In this document: positions 19,024 through 27,623 of the stretch, piece after piece
Layout: every line of letters starts with the position of its first letter
Position numbering within the stretch: the first letter of the stretch is position 1
Source of the DNA: Phycisphaeraceae bacterium
GTDB taxonomy: Bacteria; Planctomycetota; Phycisphaerae; Phycisphaerales; Phycisphaeraceae
Direction of reading: 5' to 3'
Length of the DNA: 64,000 nucleotides
Assembly (NCBI GenBank): GCA_963674705.1
Contig: OY771506.1
Coordinates: forward strand, 3,360,001-3,424,000
Made by a program: the position numbers and the translations under genes
The notes under the pieces: model-generated
What the model was told of the DNA's origin: nothing
Database searches by the model: none
Seen by the model: only the letters and a program-made list of their open reading frames with translations

Positions 19024-19347
19024 TCAGACCGCTTCGGCGAAGCTCTGGGGGCGGGCGTAGCGGACGGCTACATGCTGGGTGTCGCCGTGGCCGAGGCTGC
19101 GGACGATGGTGGCTTCGACGAAGTCTTCGGTGGTGAGCATGCCACGGGTGGGGTTGGAGACGATACCGATCTGTACCTTCTGGCCGGTGCAGAGCAATCG
19201 TGGGTAATCGAGCATGAGCATGGCCCCGCCGTCGGAGACGTTGTCGGTGGTCCCGGCGATGTACCGGCCAGCGGACTGGTCACACTTGATCTTGACCGGG
19301 TGCTGAGCAGGGATGCGTGGATCTCGGCGTCGTTCAGGCGTGGTCAT
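19024..19347 (-). CDS. Stand-alone PilZ domain protein
   Basis: RRDPR and NVSDGG c-di-GMP motifs; start MTTPERR. Confidence 0.85.
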   Translation of the reverse strand: MTTPERRRDPRIPAQHPVKIKCDQSAGRYIAGTTDNVSDGGAMLMLDYPRLLCTGQKVQIGIVSNPTRGMLTTEDFVEATIVRSLGHGDTQHVAVRYARPQSFAEAV

Positions 19348-19383
19348 AACGGAATCACCCTCATGGTTAAAGCTGTAGTGTCT

Positions 19384-19412
19384 GTATCGGTTACACCGGT
19401 GATCGGGCTTCA
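19384..19412 (-). promoter_or_regulatory. Sigma28 (FliA)-like promoter
   Basis: TGAAG-N16-ACCGATAC upstream of the PilZ gene. Confidence 0.5.
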
Positions 19413-19498
19413 GCGATCGGGGCGGGACCAGCAATGTAGTGAGTGTGAGTCCGATATTATGTGTGTTTTGATGACGACAGCGTCGGGTTGATCTGCGC

Positions 19499-19529
19499 AA
19501 ATAAAAACCGCGGCCAAGTGACCGCGGTC
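19499..19529 (-). terminator. Intrinsic terminator
   Basis: GACCGCGGTCACTTGGCCGCGGT followed by TTTTATTT on the minus strand. Confidence 0.7.
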
Positions 19530-19556
19530 TTAGGCTGCTGAAGTGGGCTTTGGGTA

Positions 19557-20306
19557 TCAAGCCGCGGCGGTGCGTTTGACGTTGCGGCGTTTGCGGCCGA
19601 CGGTGCGTTGGTCGCTGGTCATGCGGCGTTCGGGGTTCGCCTGCATCTGTTCGACCAGTTCCGTCGGGTCGTTTGCCCAGAGGTCTGCGCCGATTTCTTC
19701 GGCCAGGCCGTCGGCCCGGTTGAAGATGCCGCCGCCCACGATCACCTGCACTTGTTCGTTCGCGCCAATCTCGTGCATGCGGTCGATCAGCAGTCGTGTT
19801 TCGGGCACGGTGCTGGGCACGGCGCCGAAGATCACGAGCTTGTCAGCCTTGAGTTCGGTGAGTTGTTCGACGACTTCATCGTTGGCGATGCCGCCGCCGG
19901 CGTAGAAGACGGTGTAGCCGTCGGCCTCGAGCAGGTCGGCTGCCATCTGGGCGGCCAGTTCTTCAGACTGCTCTGCGCCACTGACCAGCAGCACCTTGAT
20001 ACCCCGGCGGGACGACTGCTCGAGGCGAAGCTGCATCTGATCGACGAGCTGGCGTAGCAGGCGGGTGGCGTAGTTGTAAGCCAGGGGGGTGAGTTGGTCG
20101 TTTCGGTGCAGGTTCTGGAAGTGTTCGAGTGTAGGCCAGAAGAGGTGGCTGAGGATGCGGGTTGCCGGGGCATCGGCTTGCAGGGCCTCGTCGACGATGG
20201 ACCGAGCGGTGATGCGGTCGCCACTGATCAGACTGGTGAAAAAGCGTTCTTGCAGGACGTTACGTCGACTCGCCATGAGGGATACTCCAACGTCGTTCAT
20301 GGTCAT
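19557..20306 (-). CDS. Cobalamin-binding-fold protein (cap plus Rossmann), lacking the axial His
   Basis: Helical cap; LLEADGYTVFYAG, VIVGG, EIGAD; DxHxxG replaced by QSEELA. Confidence 0.8.
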   Translation of the reverse strand: MTMNDVGVSLMASRRNVLQERFFTSLISGDRITARSIVDEALQADAPATRILSHLFWPTLEHFQNLHRNDQLTPLAYNYATRLLRQLVDQMQLRLEQSSRRGIKVLLVSGAEQSEELAAQMAADLLEADGYTVFYAGGGIANDEVVEQLTELKADKLVIFGAVPSTVPETRLLIDRMHEIGANEQVQVIVGGGIFNRADGLAEEIGADLWANDPTELVEQMQANPERRMTSDQRTVGRKRRNVKRTAAA

Positions 20307-20451
20307 GGCCCGAAGGCCGGTTCGTCGGCAGCACGTCCTTGTGTCTGCGCTGGTCAGTTCACGGTTCGTCAGGGCCTGGGGCCGAAGTCCGCTCCGATGG
20401 GCTTCCCGGGAGACTTCGCTGTTTGCGAGGTTCCTGGCGGCGACCTGTAAT

Positions 20452-20479
20452 TCATCGGTATTGCGGTCAAAATCCTGTA
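20452..20479 (-). promoter_or_regulatory. Sigma28-like promoter
   Basis: TACAG-N15-ACCGATGA. Confidence 0.45.
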
Positions 20480-20762
20480 TCCGTAGGTACCCTTAGCAGT
20501 GATCGGACCGTAGTTGTTAATTTGTTGTTTTGAAGGGACTTACGATTTGCTTCTTGTCTGATAATCGCTTGGGGTGTTTTTGGATCGGGTTTTGAATGCG
20601 GATTTTTAAATTATGGGACAGCCTCAAGCCAACGATATAAATCACCGAAGGGCAAATTTTGATTTGAAAAAGACAGTTTCCGGACTCACCAGAGAACAAA
20701 CCCTATTCCAATTCGTCTATGCTTATTGCGGACAGGAAGTCTAGTAAGCAAAGAGGCGAAAG

Positions 20763-21647
20763 ATGAATCTATATAGAACTGAAGTCCGTAACCGGTTCCG
20801 AGGTGTGGTCGTGCTTCTGTTGCTTGGCCTGTTCGTGGCAACAGGCTGCACAACCAACCCGGCGACAGGCAAGAAACAACTGAACTGGTTGAGTGCGGAT
20901 CAGGAGAAGGCGCTTGGTGCTGAGGCTGCGCCCGAGTTTGTTCAACAGTACGGCGGGGACATCCCTTCGCAGAAGGTTCAGAAGTATGTCAGCGACCTCG
21001 GGCATCGCCTGGCGGAAGTCAGCGAGCGGCCGGACCTGGATTGGGAGTTCCACGCGGTGAACTCGCCGGTGATCAATGCGTTTGCTCTGCCCGGCGGGAA
21101 AGTCTTTATCACACGCGGCCTGATGGAGAAGCTCAACAGCGAGGCGCAACTGGCGGGTGTTCTCGGACACGAAGTCGGCCACGTTACCGCGCAACACATC
21201 GGCCAACAGATGACGCGCGCGATGATCATCACCGGCGTCGGTGTCGGGATCGGCGTGGTGGGTGAATATAAAGATGAAGATTGGATGAAGGTGTTAGGCG
21301 TGGGGACGGCTGTGGGCGGGGGCGTGTACATGCTCAGCTTCGGCCGGGACCAGGAAACACAGTCCGATGAGCTTGGCGTCCGATACATGACGCGGCTGGG
21401 TTATAACCCGATCGGGCAGGTGCAGGTGATGCAGGTGCTCAAACGCGCCAGCGGCGGGGGCGGCAAGGGGATGGAGTTCCTCTCGACGCACCCTTATCCG
21501 GATACGCGCATCAAGAACCTCAACAAGCTCATCAAAGAGAAGTATCCGGACTACGACGATCCACAGAAGTACCGTATCTATAGAGACAAGTACAAGCGGA
21601 ACGTGCTGGATGAATTGGAGAAGCTGCCTCCGGCGGAGCAGGAATGA
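20763..21647 (+). CDS. M48 family metallopeptidase, lipoprotein
   Basis: ATGC lipobox, NAFALPGG, HEVGH, STHP. Confidence 0.92.
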   Translation: MNLYRTEVRNRFRGVVVLLLLGLFVATGCTTNPATGKKQLNWLSADQEKALGAEAAPEFVQQYGGDIPSQKVQKYVSDLGHRLAEVSERPDLDWEFHAVNSPVINAFALPGGKVFITRGLMEKLNSEAQLAGVLGHEVGHVTAQHIGQQMTRAMIITGVGVGIGVVGEYKDEDWMKVLGVGTAVGGGVYMLSFGRDQETQSDELGVRYMTRLGYNPIGQVQVMQVLKRASGGGGKGMEFLSTHPYPDTRIKNLNKLIKEKYPDYDDPQKYRIYRDKYKRNVLDELEKLPPAEQE

Positions 21648-21651
21648 GTTG

Positions 21652-21740
21652 GATGTTCAATGTTCGAGGTTCAATGTTCAATGTAAATAAGGGGGCAAAA
21701 CCAGACACATTGAACATTACACATTGAACATCGAACATCA
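21652..21740. repeat. Inverted (ATGTTCA)n / (TGAACAT)n arrays
   Basis: 21652-21684 is approximately the reverse complement of 21707-21739. Confidence 0.85.
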
Positions 21741-21761
21741 ATCATCACTACAATCTCCCGC

Positions 21762-22619
21762 ATGCCATCCGAATCCCCTACACCCGCCTGGAGCGATGAC
21801 GACCTTCGGGCAGACGCGAATCCGCATGCTGAGGCCGATAAAGCCAAGCGTGTGGAGCAGATGTTTTCAGCGATCGCGCATGCATATGACCTGAACAATC
21901 GGCTGCACTCGATGTGGCGCGACCAGGCCTGGCGGCGAGCGGCGGTGCGGATGGCGGAATTGAAGCCGGACGATGTGGTGCTGGATGTGGCGTGCGGGAC
22001 GGGTGATCTTACATTTGAGTTTGGTAAAGCTCTGCGTGAGTTAAATAAGCCGGACACATTCGATATGGGGCAGGTGGTCGGAGTTGACTTTACTCATGCG
22101 ATGTTGGTTCATGCCAAGGATAAAGCTAGAAGTATTCCATGGCCATGGCTACCTAAAGTCAGCCTCTCCAATCCTGTGTTGGTAAATCCAGCCAGATTCA
22201 ATACCGCGGTGGGATTAACCCGTGGAGATGCGATGCGCTTACCGGTCGCGGATAAGAGCGTGGACGTCATCAGTATCGCCTTTGGCATCCGCAATGTCGC
22301 TGATCCGTTGGCCGCGATGGGTGAGTTCTATCGCGTGCTTCGGCCGGGCGGGCGTGTGATTATTCTGGAGTTCAGCACGCCGACGAACCCGGTGATTCGT
22401 TTTTTTGATCGGATCTATCGTGAAAAGGTGATGCCGATCACCGCCAGCCTGATCGCGCGCGACAAGAGCGGGGCGTACAAGTACCTGCCCAAGAGCGTCA
22501 GTACGTTCATCGATCGTGCCGGGATGGTGGAGATGATGCAGACGGTGGGTTTCAAGGACCCGACGATCAAACCGCTGACGTTCGGCGTGGCGGTGTGTTA
22601 TCGAGGTATGAAGACGTGA
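21762..22619 (+). CDS. ubiE: UbiE/MenG methyltransferase
   Basis: YDLNN, LDVACGTGD, AFGIRNV, RVLRPGG, AYKYLPKS. Confidence 0.93.
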   Translation: MPSESPTPAWSDDDLRADANPHAEADKAKRVEQMFSAIAHAYDLNNRLHSMWRDQAWRRAAVRMAELKPDDVVLDVACGTGDLTFEFGKALRELNKPDTFDMGQVVGVDFTHAMLVHAKDKARSIPWPWLPKVSLSNPVLVNPARFNTAVGLTRGDAMRLPVADKSVDVISIAFGIRNVADPLAAMGEFYRVLRPGGRVIILEFSTPTNPVIRFFDRIYREKVMPITASLIARDKSGAYKYLPKSVSTFIDRAGMVEMMQTVGFKDPTIKPLTFGVAVCYRGMKT

Positions 22620-22620
22620 A

Positions 22621-22671
22621 CCGAGCCGCGTCGCCCTCGACGCGGTCCGCCGTGAGGGCACGGCGGCTCGG
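22621..22671. repeat. 51-bp branched palindromic element, copy A
   Basis: Termini CCGAGCCG/CGGCTCGG with two inner hairpins; copy B at 23206-23256 has the interior inverted. Confidence 0.85.
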
Positions 22672-22803
22672 ACGGAACAAGCGTGGCAGGGTGTCGTTAA
22701 GAAGGGTGTAGGGTGAAGAAAGTGAGGGGTTGATTCTTATTCAGATTGGGGGACAATAGAGTCATCGATCTTGTCGGGTCAATTCAAGTAAAGGGGGCAA
22801 ATC

Positions 22804-23160
22804 ATGGGTAGCCGTAAGGAACCGCTGGATACGCACAACGTGGTGTATATGGCGCTGCTGGCAGCGCTGGCGTTTTTCTACATCATTGGGGCAGTGATGT
22901 TTTTGCTTATTGTCCGTAGCTCGGATACCCCACCGGAGTCACGGTGGGTATTTCAGATGACGCTGTTTATGGAGTTCGCATACGTGGCTGCGATGGTGGC
23001 AACGCTGATATTGCGTGGTGTCAGTTCCAAGGTGGGCCGCGTCGCAACCTTGGCGATGAATATCATCCTGTTGCCCTTGATCCCGTTTGGCACGGCCCTG
23101 GGGATTTATGGGCTGTGGAAGGTGGACAAGGTGAGGAAGCAAGCTGAGTTGCCGGGGTGA
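22804..23160 (+). CDS. Small membrane protein (about 3-4 TM)
   Basis: Hydrophobic segments; PFGTALGIYGLW motif. Confidence 0.8.
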   Translation: MGSRKEPLDTHNVVYMALLAALAFFYIIGAVMFLLIVRSSDTPPESRWVFQMTLFMEFAYVAAMVATLILRGVSSKVGRVATLAMNIILLPLIPFGTALGIYGLWKVDKVRKQAELPG

Positions 23161-23165
23161 TGGGG

Positions 23166-23204
23166 ATGATGCAGACGGTGGGTTATCGAGGAATAAAAGC
23201 ATAA
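23166..23204 (+). pseudogene. Remnant of an alternative ubiE 3' end
   Basis: Reads MMQTVG-YRGIKA-stop vs MMQTVG...YRGMKT-stop in ubiE; 20-nt exact match 22532-22551 / 23165-23184. Confidence 0.8.
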
Positions 23205-23205
23205 A

Positions 23206-23256
23206 CCGAGCCGCCGCGTGCTCACGGCGGACCGCGTCGGGGGCGACGCGGCTCGG
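23206..23256. repeat. 51-bp branched palindromic element, copy B
   Basis: Core is the near reverse complement of copy A. Confidence 0.85.
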
Positions 23257-23360
23257 ACGGGTTATATGTGGTGGTGGGAAGGTGTAGAGTTTGGGGGGGG
23301 GGTAAAGACAGAAAGACATCAATCCGTTTAGCGGGCGATCGTGGATTGCCGGGTGTGGTA

Positions 23361-23684
23361 CTACTTTTCATACGGTGTAAATTGGATCGAGTAAGCATGT
23401 GGCTTATCGCGTGGAGGCTGCTCAGGCTCAGTTTCATACAATTGTATTTTTCCATCGACCTTGAAACCGATTTCAAACCCAATCGTCTTAGCCATATCAA
23501 TTGCTTCATCTTCAGAAGTCGACCACACTTTCATTGCCATCCAAGCACGCCCGGACCGAGATGTAAAACCTTCGGCCATATCCCCCGCGATGCCATCAGC
23601 AATCAGCGTGTAATGGGTATAGGGCGTCTTCAAGCGGCCATACTTCAATTCGAGTTTCCAATGTTGAGCAAATCCGTCAGACAT
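23361..23684 (-). CDS. Hypothetical protein
   Basis: ORF from MSDGFAQHWKLEL; protein-like composition. Confidence 0.7.
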   Translation of the reverse strand: MSDGFAQHWKLELKYGRLKTPYTHYTLIADGIAGDMAEGFTSRSGRAWMAMKVWSTSEDEAIDMAKTIGFEIGFKVDGKIQLYETEPEQPPRDKPHAYSIQFTPYEK

Positions 23685-23835
23685 CGTTGTAAACCAATCA
23701 CTAAAAATGTAATGATGAGATGCTATCAAGTTGAGCAGGATTGCACTGCGCTTCGCTTCGTGGCGCCTTCGGCGTGAACCTGCGGCTGGCGTCGGCTGCG
23801 CCGCCACTCCTCAGAACCGAATCCGTCGCTCAATC

Positions 23836-23874
23836 CATGAAAAAACCCGCCACTTTGGGCGGGCTTTTTTCATG
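23836..23874. terminator. Bidirectional terminator downstream of tRNA-Pro
   Basis: CATGAAAAAACCCGCC-loop-GGCGGGCTTTTTTCATG. Confidence 0.8.
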
Positions 23875-23876
23875 AA

Positions 23877-23950
23877 TCGGGGCGACAGGATTTGAACCTG
23901 CGGCCTTTCGCCCCCCAGACGAACGCTCTACCAAGCTGAGCTACGCCCCG
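23877..23950 (-). tRNA. tRNA-Pro(GGG)
   Basis: CGGGGCG acceptor stem, TAGCTCAGCTTGGTAGAGC D-arm, anticodon loop CTGGGGG, GGTTCAAATCC T-arm; CCA not encoded. Confidence 0.95.
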
Positions 23951-24122
23951 TCGGCGTTGAATCTAAGATTTTAGCTGGCCTTGGGGTGTGTCGCAAGCTG
24001 TACGGATTGACCGGAATAGGCTTGGTTCGGCCCCTTCTCCACGAGTGAGTCTCGGAGACTGTTAGGGTGAGGATCGGGTTGATTACGCGCTCGTTGATAA
24101 ACCGGCTACAACCAAGCACTGG

Positions 24123-24155
24123 CCCTCACCCCGGCCCTCTCCCGGGGGGAGAGGG
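24123..24155. repeat. CCCTCACCCC..CCCTCTCCC..GGGAGAGGG palindromic repeat
   Basis: Hairpin CCCTCTCCC/GGGAGAGGG downstream of the nucleotidyltransferase. Confidence 0.7.
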
Positions 24156-24173
24156 GGTTAGAATCTTGAAGTC

Positions 24174-25073
24174 TTATAGGTTGCGGAATGCTGCCAGGCT
24201 GTTGACGAAGTCGTCGGGGATACCGAAGTCGTAGCGCTTGGCGTCGGTGACTTCGAGGGCTAAATAACCTTCGCGTTGGCGTTGGAGTTCCTGGGCTCTG
24301 GTGAGTTGGAATTCGCCGTTGTCGCGGGTGTTGTTGCGGATCATTTCTTCGAGGATGTCGTAGATGCTGGGTGCGAGCAGGTGCATGCCGAACCATCCTA
24401 ACCAGGTGTTGGTGGGGAGGTTGTCGACGTGCAGTTTTTGTTTGGCATCTTCGATGGATGGTTTTTCGATGATGAGTGAGATGTCGATCAGTTGGGGATT
24501 GTCGGGGAGGCGGGTGCCGGCGATGGTGCCGTAGCCCTTGAGTTCGTCGGCGCTGATTCGATTGACGGCAGAGACGCTTCGGCCGTTGGAGACAGAGGCC
24601 ATGCTGGCGAGTTGAGCGTAGGGGCTGGTGGTATTGCCGCGGAACAGGTGATCGCCTAGGCAGAGCAGGACGGGGTCGCCATCGGCGAAGCTGTGTGTCT
24701 GGTAGACGGCGTGGCCGTAACCTTCCTGGGTGGTTTGCTCGACGAAGCAGATCATGTCGGCGAACCGACGCATCTGTTTGGCTTCTTCAGCAAGCTCGGG
24801 GTACTTGGCCAAGCGTTTGAGGTAATCGTCACTTGGGCCGTTGAGATAATTGTTGACGAGCTTGTCTTCGCCGGGCTGGACGATGATGCAGATCTTCTCG
24901 ATGCCTGCGGCTTCCATTTCGATCAGGTGGTAATGGAACAGCGCGCGTGCGATGCCATCCTTGCCCACGACGGGGAAGAGTTCTTTCTTGACCGCGTGTG
25001 ATGCGGGGAAGTGTCGCGTTCCGAGGCCCGCGATGGGGATGACGGCTTTTCGGATGATGGATTGTGCTGGCAT
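24174..25073 (-). CDS. Sugar-1-phosphate nucleotidyltransferase (GalU-like)
   Basis: KAVIPIAGLGTRHFP..KKELFP, QEGYGHAV, LGD, IEKP, EFQLT. Confidence 0.88.
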   Translation of the reverse strand: MPAQSIIRKAVIPIAGLGTRHFPASHAVKKELFPVVGKDGIARALFHYHLIEMEAAGIEKICIIVQPGEDKLVNNYLNGPSDDYLKRLAKYPELAEEAKQMRRFADMICFVEQTTQEGYGHAVYQTHSFADGDPVLLCLGDHLFRGNTTSPYAQLASMASVSNGRSVSAVNRISADELKGYGTIAGTRLPDNPQLIDISLIIEKPSIEDAKQKLHVDNLPTNTWLGWFGMHLLAPSIYDILEEMIRNNTRDNGEFQLTRAQELQRQREGYLALEVTDAKRYDFGIPDDFVNSLAAFRNL

Positions 25074-25125
25074 GGACGGTTGGGTCTTGCTGAACGTGAT
25101 TGTGTGATGAAAGGCGTGACGCTTC

Positions 25126-26571
25126 TTAGCTCATGCAGCGCCATCCGCTGGCGCCGAACGTGTAGCGCAATGCACCGAACTCCATCGCGCCGGTGGAGGT
25201 GCCTTCGAAGATGTCGGGCATGACGCCGACACGGCGTGAGTACTCGATGGCGATCTTGGGGATCTCAGCCTTGAGTGCATCGAGTTTGCCGAACACCGCG
25301 ACGGTGCCGCCTGTGCCGCCGCCTGTGATTTTTGCGCCGTAGAGCCCGCTTTGAGGGCCGCGTTTGCGGACGGCTTCGACGAGGAAGTCGACGGCTTCGG
25401 TCGACAGGCCGCAGTTGTCGCGGTAGCTGGCGTGTGCGTCGAACATGCATTGTCCTGCGGTGATCAGCGCTTGTTCGTCACCTGTGTTTGCAGCGGTGAT
25501 GGCGTCCATGAATCTGATTACACGGTCATTTTCTTCAACCGGGTGACGCGTCGGGCCAACGACGCGGTAAGTTGCGTCGGGCTGGATGTGTGTGACGGGG
25601 TCGTCATGTGTCTTGTATTGATCGAGGAACTCTGAGCCGACGATTTTTTCGGGCAGGTTCTTTTCGTACTCTTCATGAAAACGTTTAGGCGTCAGCTCGG
25701 TGAGATAATCGAGTGCGCCGCGTCCGGTCTGAGATCGCATGTCATTGATCATGCGCTTGCCGATGAACGCGCCGATGCGTGTGTCGGTGTAGGGGCTTCC
25801 GCCGACGCTGTGTCGGACCATGGAGTTGATGCCGACGAACCCCGTGCCGGGCGGGATCTGTACTTCGCCCTTGACTTCACCGGGCCGGCAGAGGATGTGC
25901 GTGAGGCAACCTTCACGCCCGCTGGTAATCGCGATCTGGTCCATGATGCCGCAGGGCGCGCCGACGACGTGGTTCTCCGCCATCTGTCCGAGTCGTGCGA
26001 TGCGTGACGGATTGAGGTTCAACCCGAGGTAAGCATTGAGGCAGGTAAGCGTGCCGATCTCGACGGCGGCCGAGCTTCCGATGCCGACGTTCATCGGGAC
26101 GGCGCTGAGCAGCAGGAGGTTGAAGCCGTAGGGCAGTTGGATGGATTCTTCTTTGAGCAGCGTGAAGATGCTGCCGCCGATGTAGGACGTCCAGGCGGCG
26201 AGAGGGTTGGCGCTACAGATTTCGCGGATGTCGCTGTAGCTTGCCAAGCCGTCGCCTGAGTAGAAGTAGTCCAAGGCGATGCGTGTTTCGACGGGCAGTG
26301 ATCGTGTCCCGGCCTGCATGGTGCGGATACGCATGGTCCTGTCGGTGCGTGGTTGCAGTGCGAGAAGTACCCCGCGGCCGAGTACGGCTTCACAGACATT
26401 CGCGCCGGAGTAGTCGGCAATACCGCCCATGACATCGAGCCGGGCGGGCACGCGGGTGACCCAGATCTCGCCGCTGGCAAAGAGGCTGGCGAAGCCGGTG
26501 GGATCGCTGTTGGATTTATTGAGCAGGCGCTCAAATTCCTGAGTTTCGTAGGGTAGTTCTGGGCGGTTCAT
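25126..26571 (-). CDS. GHMP sugar kinase, L-arabinokinase/galactokinase-like
   Basis: PARLDVMGGIADYSG, PMNVGIGSSAA, GAPCGIMDQ, GAKITGGG. Confidence 0.88.
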   Translation of the reverse strand: MNRPELPYETQEFERLLNKSNSDPTGFASLFASGEIWVTRVPARLDVMGGIADYSGANVCEAVLGRGVLLALQPRTDRTMRIRTMQAGTRSLPVETRIALDYFYSGDGLASYSDIREICSANPLAAWTSYIGGSIFTLLKEESIQLPYGFNLLLLSAVPMNVGIGSSAAVEIGTLTCLNAYLGLNLNPSRIARLGQMAENHVVGAPCGIMDQIAITSGREGCLTHILCRPGEVKGEVQIPPGTGFVGINSMVRHSVGGSPYTDTRIGAFIGKRMINDMRSQTGRGALDYLTELTPKRFHEEYEKNLPEKIVGSEFLDQYKTHDDPVTHIQPDATYRVVGPTRHPVEENDRVIRFMDAITAANTGDEQALITAGQCMFDAHASYRDNCGLSTEAVDFLVEAVRKRGPQSGLYGAKITGGGTGGTVAVFGKLDALKAEIPKIAIEYSRRVGVMPDIFEGTSTGAMEFGALRYTFGASGWRCMS

Positions 26572-26680
26572 GGCAACAGTATAAGCAGATACGGGGATTA
26601 CCCAAGTATGTGGCTACAGGCGGCAATCCTTCTTATTACCGGTAGAGAATCAGTATGCGACAAGTTGTCAGGGCTGCGGG

Positions 26681-27346
26681 TCAACTGCCCCAGTGCGTGA
26701 TTTGGTCGCTGTTTCTGCCCGAGGTCTGCACCGCGGCGGCAATAGGCAAAAGTTCACGTACACGCTGAGCCTGCTCGGGGGTGAGATCGACAAACTCAAG
26801 CCCCATGTCGTAGCCGTTTCCGTTCGGTCGTGTCCAGGCGACGCGGGCGGTAATTTGCAGTTTATGATCGAGGCAGTTCAGCTCGATGCCGACACGATCG
26901 TCTGCGGTATGCTTGGGATCACCTTTGCCTAGCACCTTGGCGCCGGAGGCGGACAAGTTGATCACCTCGCCAAACTGGCAGGAGAGCATTTCACAGGCGA
27001 CCCGGCCGTGACGTCGGCGTTGTGGTTGGCCGGTACCTACTGTTTTGCCTTCCTGGATTTGCACTTCATCGGGATTGAACATGAACTGATCGTCGATGCG
27101 AACCCATGCGCTGTCGCTATCGTTGGCTGAACGTTTGAGATAGAAGTCCAAAACCGCGTTTCGAGTCCTTTGCGGGATACGGCTGCGCAAACCGGACCAG
27201 AACTGAAACCGCTCGACTTCCTCAGCGATCTGATGGGAACTGAGCCAACCACTGGGCCACTGCGGGCTCTGCACCAGGTCTTCCATGTCCTGGATGAAGC
27301 TGCTGTGACGGTCCAGGAATTCCAGTACTTCTTTGATGGCGTCCAT
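26681..27346 (-). CDS. PilZ domain protein with unknown N-terminal domain
   Basis: RRHGR and NLSASG motifs, GLEF. Confidence 0.82.
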   Translation of the reverse strand: MDAIKEVLEFLDRHSSFIQDMEDLVQSPQWPSGWLSSHQIAEEVERFQFWSGLRSRIPQRTRNAVLDFYLKRSANDSDSAWVRIDDQFMFNPDEVQIQEGKTVGTGQPQRRRHGRVACEMLSCQFGEVINLSASGAKVLGKGDPKHTADDRVGIELNCLDHKLQITARVAWTRPNGNGYDMGLEFVDLTPEQAQRVRELLPIAAAVQTSGRNSDQITHWGS

Positions 27347-27393
27347 GGTGTGGCTCTCTGCTGGTGGCCGTTTAGCTGATCAGTCTGTTTGGG

Positions 27394-27421
27394 ATATCGA
27401 CAAAAAAGCAGCGGTGATTGA
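27394..27421 (-). promoter_or_regulatory. Sigma28-like promoter
   Basis: TCAAT-N15-GTCGATAT. Confidence 0.5.
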
Positions 27422-27623
27422 CAGGCAGATATCAGGATGGCTGCGGATGTGCGGCACAAAGACCGGGAGAGAGGCTTTTTATCGGATCGGGGTGCAAAAA
27501 GATGTGATGTGGCTGGAGATATGGTGCAGTGACAGATTGTTGCAGATCGCGTGGTTTATAGCCGGATTGGTGCTTGCAGGCACAATCGGTGTGTGAGTCT
27601 TATCGAGATGTAATCGGCTCGAA

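Noticed and set aside
20307..20450. Cobalamin riboswitch in the leader of the B12-fold gene
   Set aside because: No recognisable B12-box or conserved core by eye; an Rfam scan is needed
23361..23950. Integrative element at tRNA-Pro, tRNA-His or tRNA-Ile2
   Set aside because: No integrase and no clear duplicated tRNA 3' end
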